Below are positions 60,879-64,000 of a stretch of 64,000 bases of DNA, one piece after another. A program made the position numbers and the translations under genes. The notes beneath the pieces are model-generated. The model did no database searches and was not told where the DNA came from. It saw only the letters and a program-made list of their open reading frames with translations. Source of the stretch: Macrostomum lignano (lineage: Eukaryota); assembly GCA_002269645.1 (NCBI GenBank), contig NIVC01000085.1, positions 186,001 to 250,000 on the forward strand. The letters are read 5' to 3'. The number at the start of each line of letters is the position of its first letter. Positions within the stretch are counted from its first letter, which is position 1.

Positions 60879-61860
60879 ATGCGCTGCAAACTGTTACTGT
60901 TTTTAACCTTTTATCTGGGGCCTATTATCTATTTAGATAGGCCTACTACTGCTAAATGCTACTGCTTACTTTAGTATTTATGCAGCAGGCCTAATTAGTT
61001 TCTTCTAACTCTATATAAGGACAAAAAAGCAACATGTACCCCCGTCTGTAGGCCTACCTTAATTCAATTAATAATTGGTCATTGACTGACTCTACTCTAT
61101 GCCATGTATTGTAATAACAGTCTATGGTCTATGGACTAAAGTTCTGCAGGACTACAGCTATAGGCTCCTACAGCTAATATTCACCATTCACCTAGCATGT
61201 AGCCATTGGCTGTGAGTGACCTTTTTAAGAAGAGGCCTCTTTCTCACATAGGAGGCATGTAATCTACTAGGCCTAGGCCTAGTGCAGCAAATATAACAAA
61301 TCTCATGTTGTGCCTTTAGTTTTAAAAAATGATGCACCTAAAATTTTTGCTTCTTGCAAATCATAGGTTGTGATTTAAGATGTGATACTAAATATAAAAC
61401 CCTATTAAAATAAGTATAGAAAACCTACAAACAAGCAATACAATGTCTAAAATTGTTGCCTAAAAATGCATTGTGACACAGAATATATTAGGGTTAGGCC
61501 TAACTTTTGCACCAAATACAGATGTAGTACTAATTAGATAATGGGGCATTTAGCCTTAATAAGATAGTCATAGTTACATTTGCTTATTATTGCCATTTAC
61601 CCTAAAATTGCACTACATACATTGCTATATTATCTACTTTTATTCTAGCCCCAATGCAACACCAAAAAATTCCAAAATTGCAATGGATGGGCAGATGCCT
61701 TTTGTCCACTTATTCCAATAAAGTGTATAAATGAAGCTTTGCTTTAATTGAGTTAAATAAATATCTTCAAGTCTTAATCATATCTTATAATGTATTATCA
61801 ACAAAGTATTGAAGCTTAAAAATATAAAAAAATTAATATTATCCAACTGTTACACTATAG

Positions 61861-61950
61861 TCTATATTAAATCAATAAGATCTGTCTGTCTCTGTCTAGT
61901 ATTTCAGTTTACAGCCTGAGTGCCTTGATCCATTTTGCGGATGGTGGGAT
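61861..61950 (+). mobile_element. Possible Helitron-like element 5' end
   Basis: TCTATATTAAA...TCTGTCTGTCTCTGTC...GATCCATTTT layout. Confidence 0.25.
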
Positions 61951-62584
61951 ATACGCTGGAAAATTCCGGCATACACTTGATTTCCGTGGCGTACACCAGC
62001 ATACATTTCTTGGCTGTGTACAGTGTGGTGTATGGCAACTGGCGTAGATATATATATAAAGATTTTTTTGTGCTTTTTCTGTGTTAAGTTATTTCAAAAA
62101 CTATTTTCTCATTTACTAATCATTTTAATTACCGGAATTGTCACAACAATTGTCATGTTATCAATTTTTTGTAGTTTAAATTTGAATTTAAATATTCGTT
62201 GATTTTTTTGACCATTTTTATTAAAAATGGCATACATTTAAAATCTGTTGGCATACCATTGAAAATTCAATAAAAATATGTCCGGCGTACACAGAAAACC
62301 TTTTGCAATATGGGCCTTGATCAATATGAAGTAATATATTAAAAGTTAATATAAAATCTATTTTATATTCCTAAATATTTTTTTAATATTGAATATACTT
62401 GAATTTTTTATAAAAGATATCAATTTCTTTATTATTTGTCTGATTTTATTATGTGTTAGTAAGACATATTTTTACTCAGGCAAATAATATTATTGAAATA
62501 GAATTTAAATCTAAAAAATTAATATAAAATCTCAATAGAGTCCTAATTTCTTAATTTTTTTAGAGACAAGGGGGTTATATGCAC

Positions 62585-62783
62585 CCTGGTGCACTTTAAG
62601 CAACATAGGCACACAACCGGCGAGAGGCATTACTGCATATTCTGCCGACTAATTGCCATTAATTGCACAAGCAAAGCCAAGCCGAGATTCCAATTCAGCC
62701 TCAAATTAATGACTGCACTTGGAATCAAGCCTGGGTTGCTGGCATACCAGAGCAGCTGCGTTACTGCTGGGCTACAGCCCTCC
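62585..62783 (-). mobile_element. tRNA-derived SINE
   Basis: Minus-strand head GGGCTGTAGCCCAGCAGTAA (A-box-like) ... CCAGGCTTGATTCC (B-box-like), followed by a non-tRNA body that also occurs at 52056-52109. Confidence 0.6.
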
Positions 62784-64000
62784 TAATTGCCTGGTATTAA
62801 AAAGCATAAGAACCAAAAGCATATATACCCTTTCCTCTAGCCTAGAAATAGAATAATAAATATCTGTGATACAAATATTTTAATAATATTTTTTTATTAA
62901 TAATAGCATTACATTATAGTTCTTATTTATAGTCTATCAGTAGTATTAACATTTTTAATCTAAACAAATTTTGCACCTTAATCTTCAAATCTTAGGCCTA
63001 GTTTGAAATAAAATGATAAATATTACTTGGAAACCTTATGACTATTAAAAAAACAGAATGTATTTTATTTGCTAATCTGATTAATATAAAAGTTAGAAGT
63101 GGCTATTAAAGATATTGTTTTCACTTTGTATTTGTATCTTATTATATTGATAAAAACATTTTCCTATGCAGATATCTTGGCTATTTTTGTAGAAGACTAG
63201 TATAAAATTACCAAAAAGGTTTGTGCATTATTTAAAATATTGTTTTTTTCCATTTCCTAGGTTGAAAAGTAACATATGATGACAAAAATTGGGACACCTT
63301 TTGATTTAAATTGATACTAACAACAAGTTACCTTTATCTGAATACATCTATATCTTTTTTGAAGCTATTGCTTATTTCAATATTAAGTCAATAAACATTA
63401 TTAAATTTATTTTTTCGCATTTCCAGATAAATATCCAATGAAGAAAATCTTGTCATCAATGATGATTATAATAAAGTGGTAAGTTCAATGACTCCAATTA
63501 ATTATCATTGTTTAAAAAATTAACTTTTTGAATTAGTTATATAGATTTATTCTTACATGATGACAATATACTCTTGGGACACCTCTGAGTCTAAATTACC
63601 ATGACTTCACTTTAACCAGTTACCTTTTGCTGATTTTACATTTGTACATTAGTAGTTTAACTATATCTGTGTATGCTTAAATTACAAAAAGTTATTGCCT
63701 ACTTGTTTTAGAATCATCAATGAATATTGGTCCTGGAATATAGGCCATGTAAATTGATATTTGGTAAGCTATGCTGTTCTTTTTCAAAGACTTAAAGCAG
63801 TTAATTTGAAATTTATAATAGGGCTTTTTACAGTTCTAACATAGTTTGAAATATAGCAATGGGATTATGGGAAGTTACATTATGCATATGTTTTAGAAAA
63901 TATATCGATAATAGGTGCCGGAACAGAAACACACAAGTTTTTTTCCATGTGCATTATGCATCATATATACACAAAGTTGGAGATTACACTGGTTATTCTA

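Noticed and set aside
62710-62783. tRNA gene
   Set aside because: The A and B boxes are degenerate, no credible cloverleaf is visible, and it runs into a body repeated elsewhere, so it is a SINE head.

Overview
Eukaryotic (metazoan) genomic DNA. GC-rich exons with poly-Ala/Gln tracts, GT-AG introns and very dense minisatellites fit a free-living flatworm such as Macrostomum lignano; that assignment is inference, not confirmed. Three spliced genes can be assembled by hand with consistent intron phases: (1) DNPEP aspartyl aminopeptidase (+, 3 exons, 1398-5133, 480 aa); (2) an LRR-Ig-transmembrane receptor (-, 3 exons, 24389-20821, 575 aa); (3) a HEATR4 ortholog (-, 11 exons, about 59779-47925, about 1250 aa) whose first exon has an unresolved start-frame problem. 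The rest is about 30 different tandem arrays (about 19 kb, about 29% of the window, none sharing a unit), a full-length DD34D mariner with three frameshifts, a Harbinger-type MITE, a hAT-like micro-MITE, two tRNA-derived SINEs, a 645-bp intronic foldback and decayed DIRS/LINE/Gypsy fragments. Most notable observations: an 18-bp minisatellite in HEATR4 intron 9 whose unit is essentially an RFX X-box; AP-1 and GC-box/CCAAT arrays in and upstream of the LRR gene; and a splice acceptor at or 1 nt before the ATG in all three genes. In HEATR4 the conserved frame has no AUG of its own and would open exactly if a flatworm spliced-leader AUG supplied it. No rRNA, intact tRNA or CRISPR array was found. 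Most long ORFs in the track are repeat artefacts. Repeat boundaries are approximate, read by eye.
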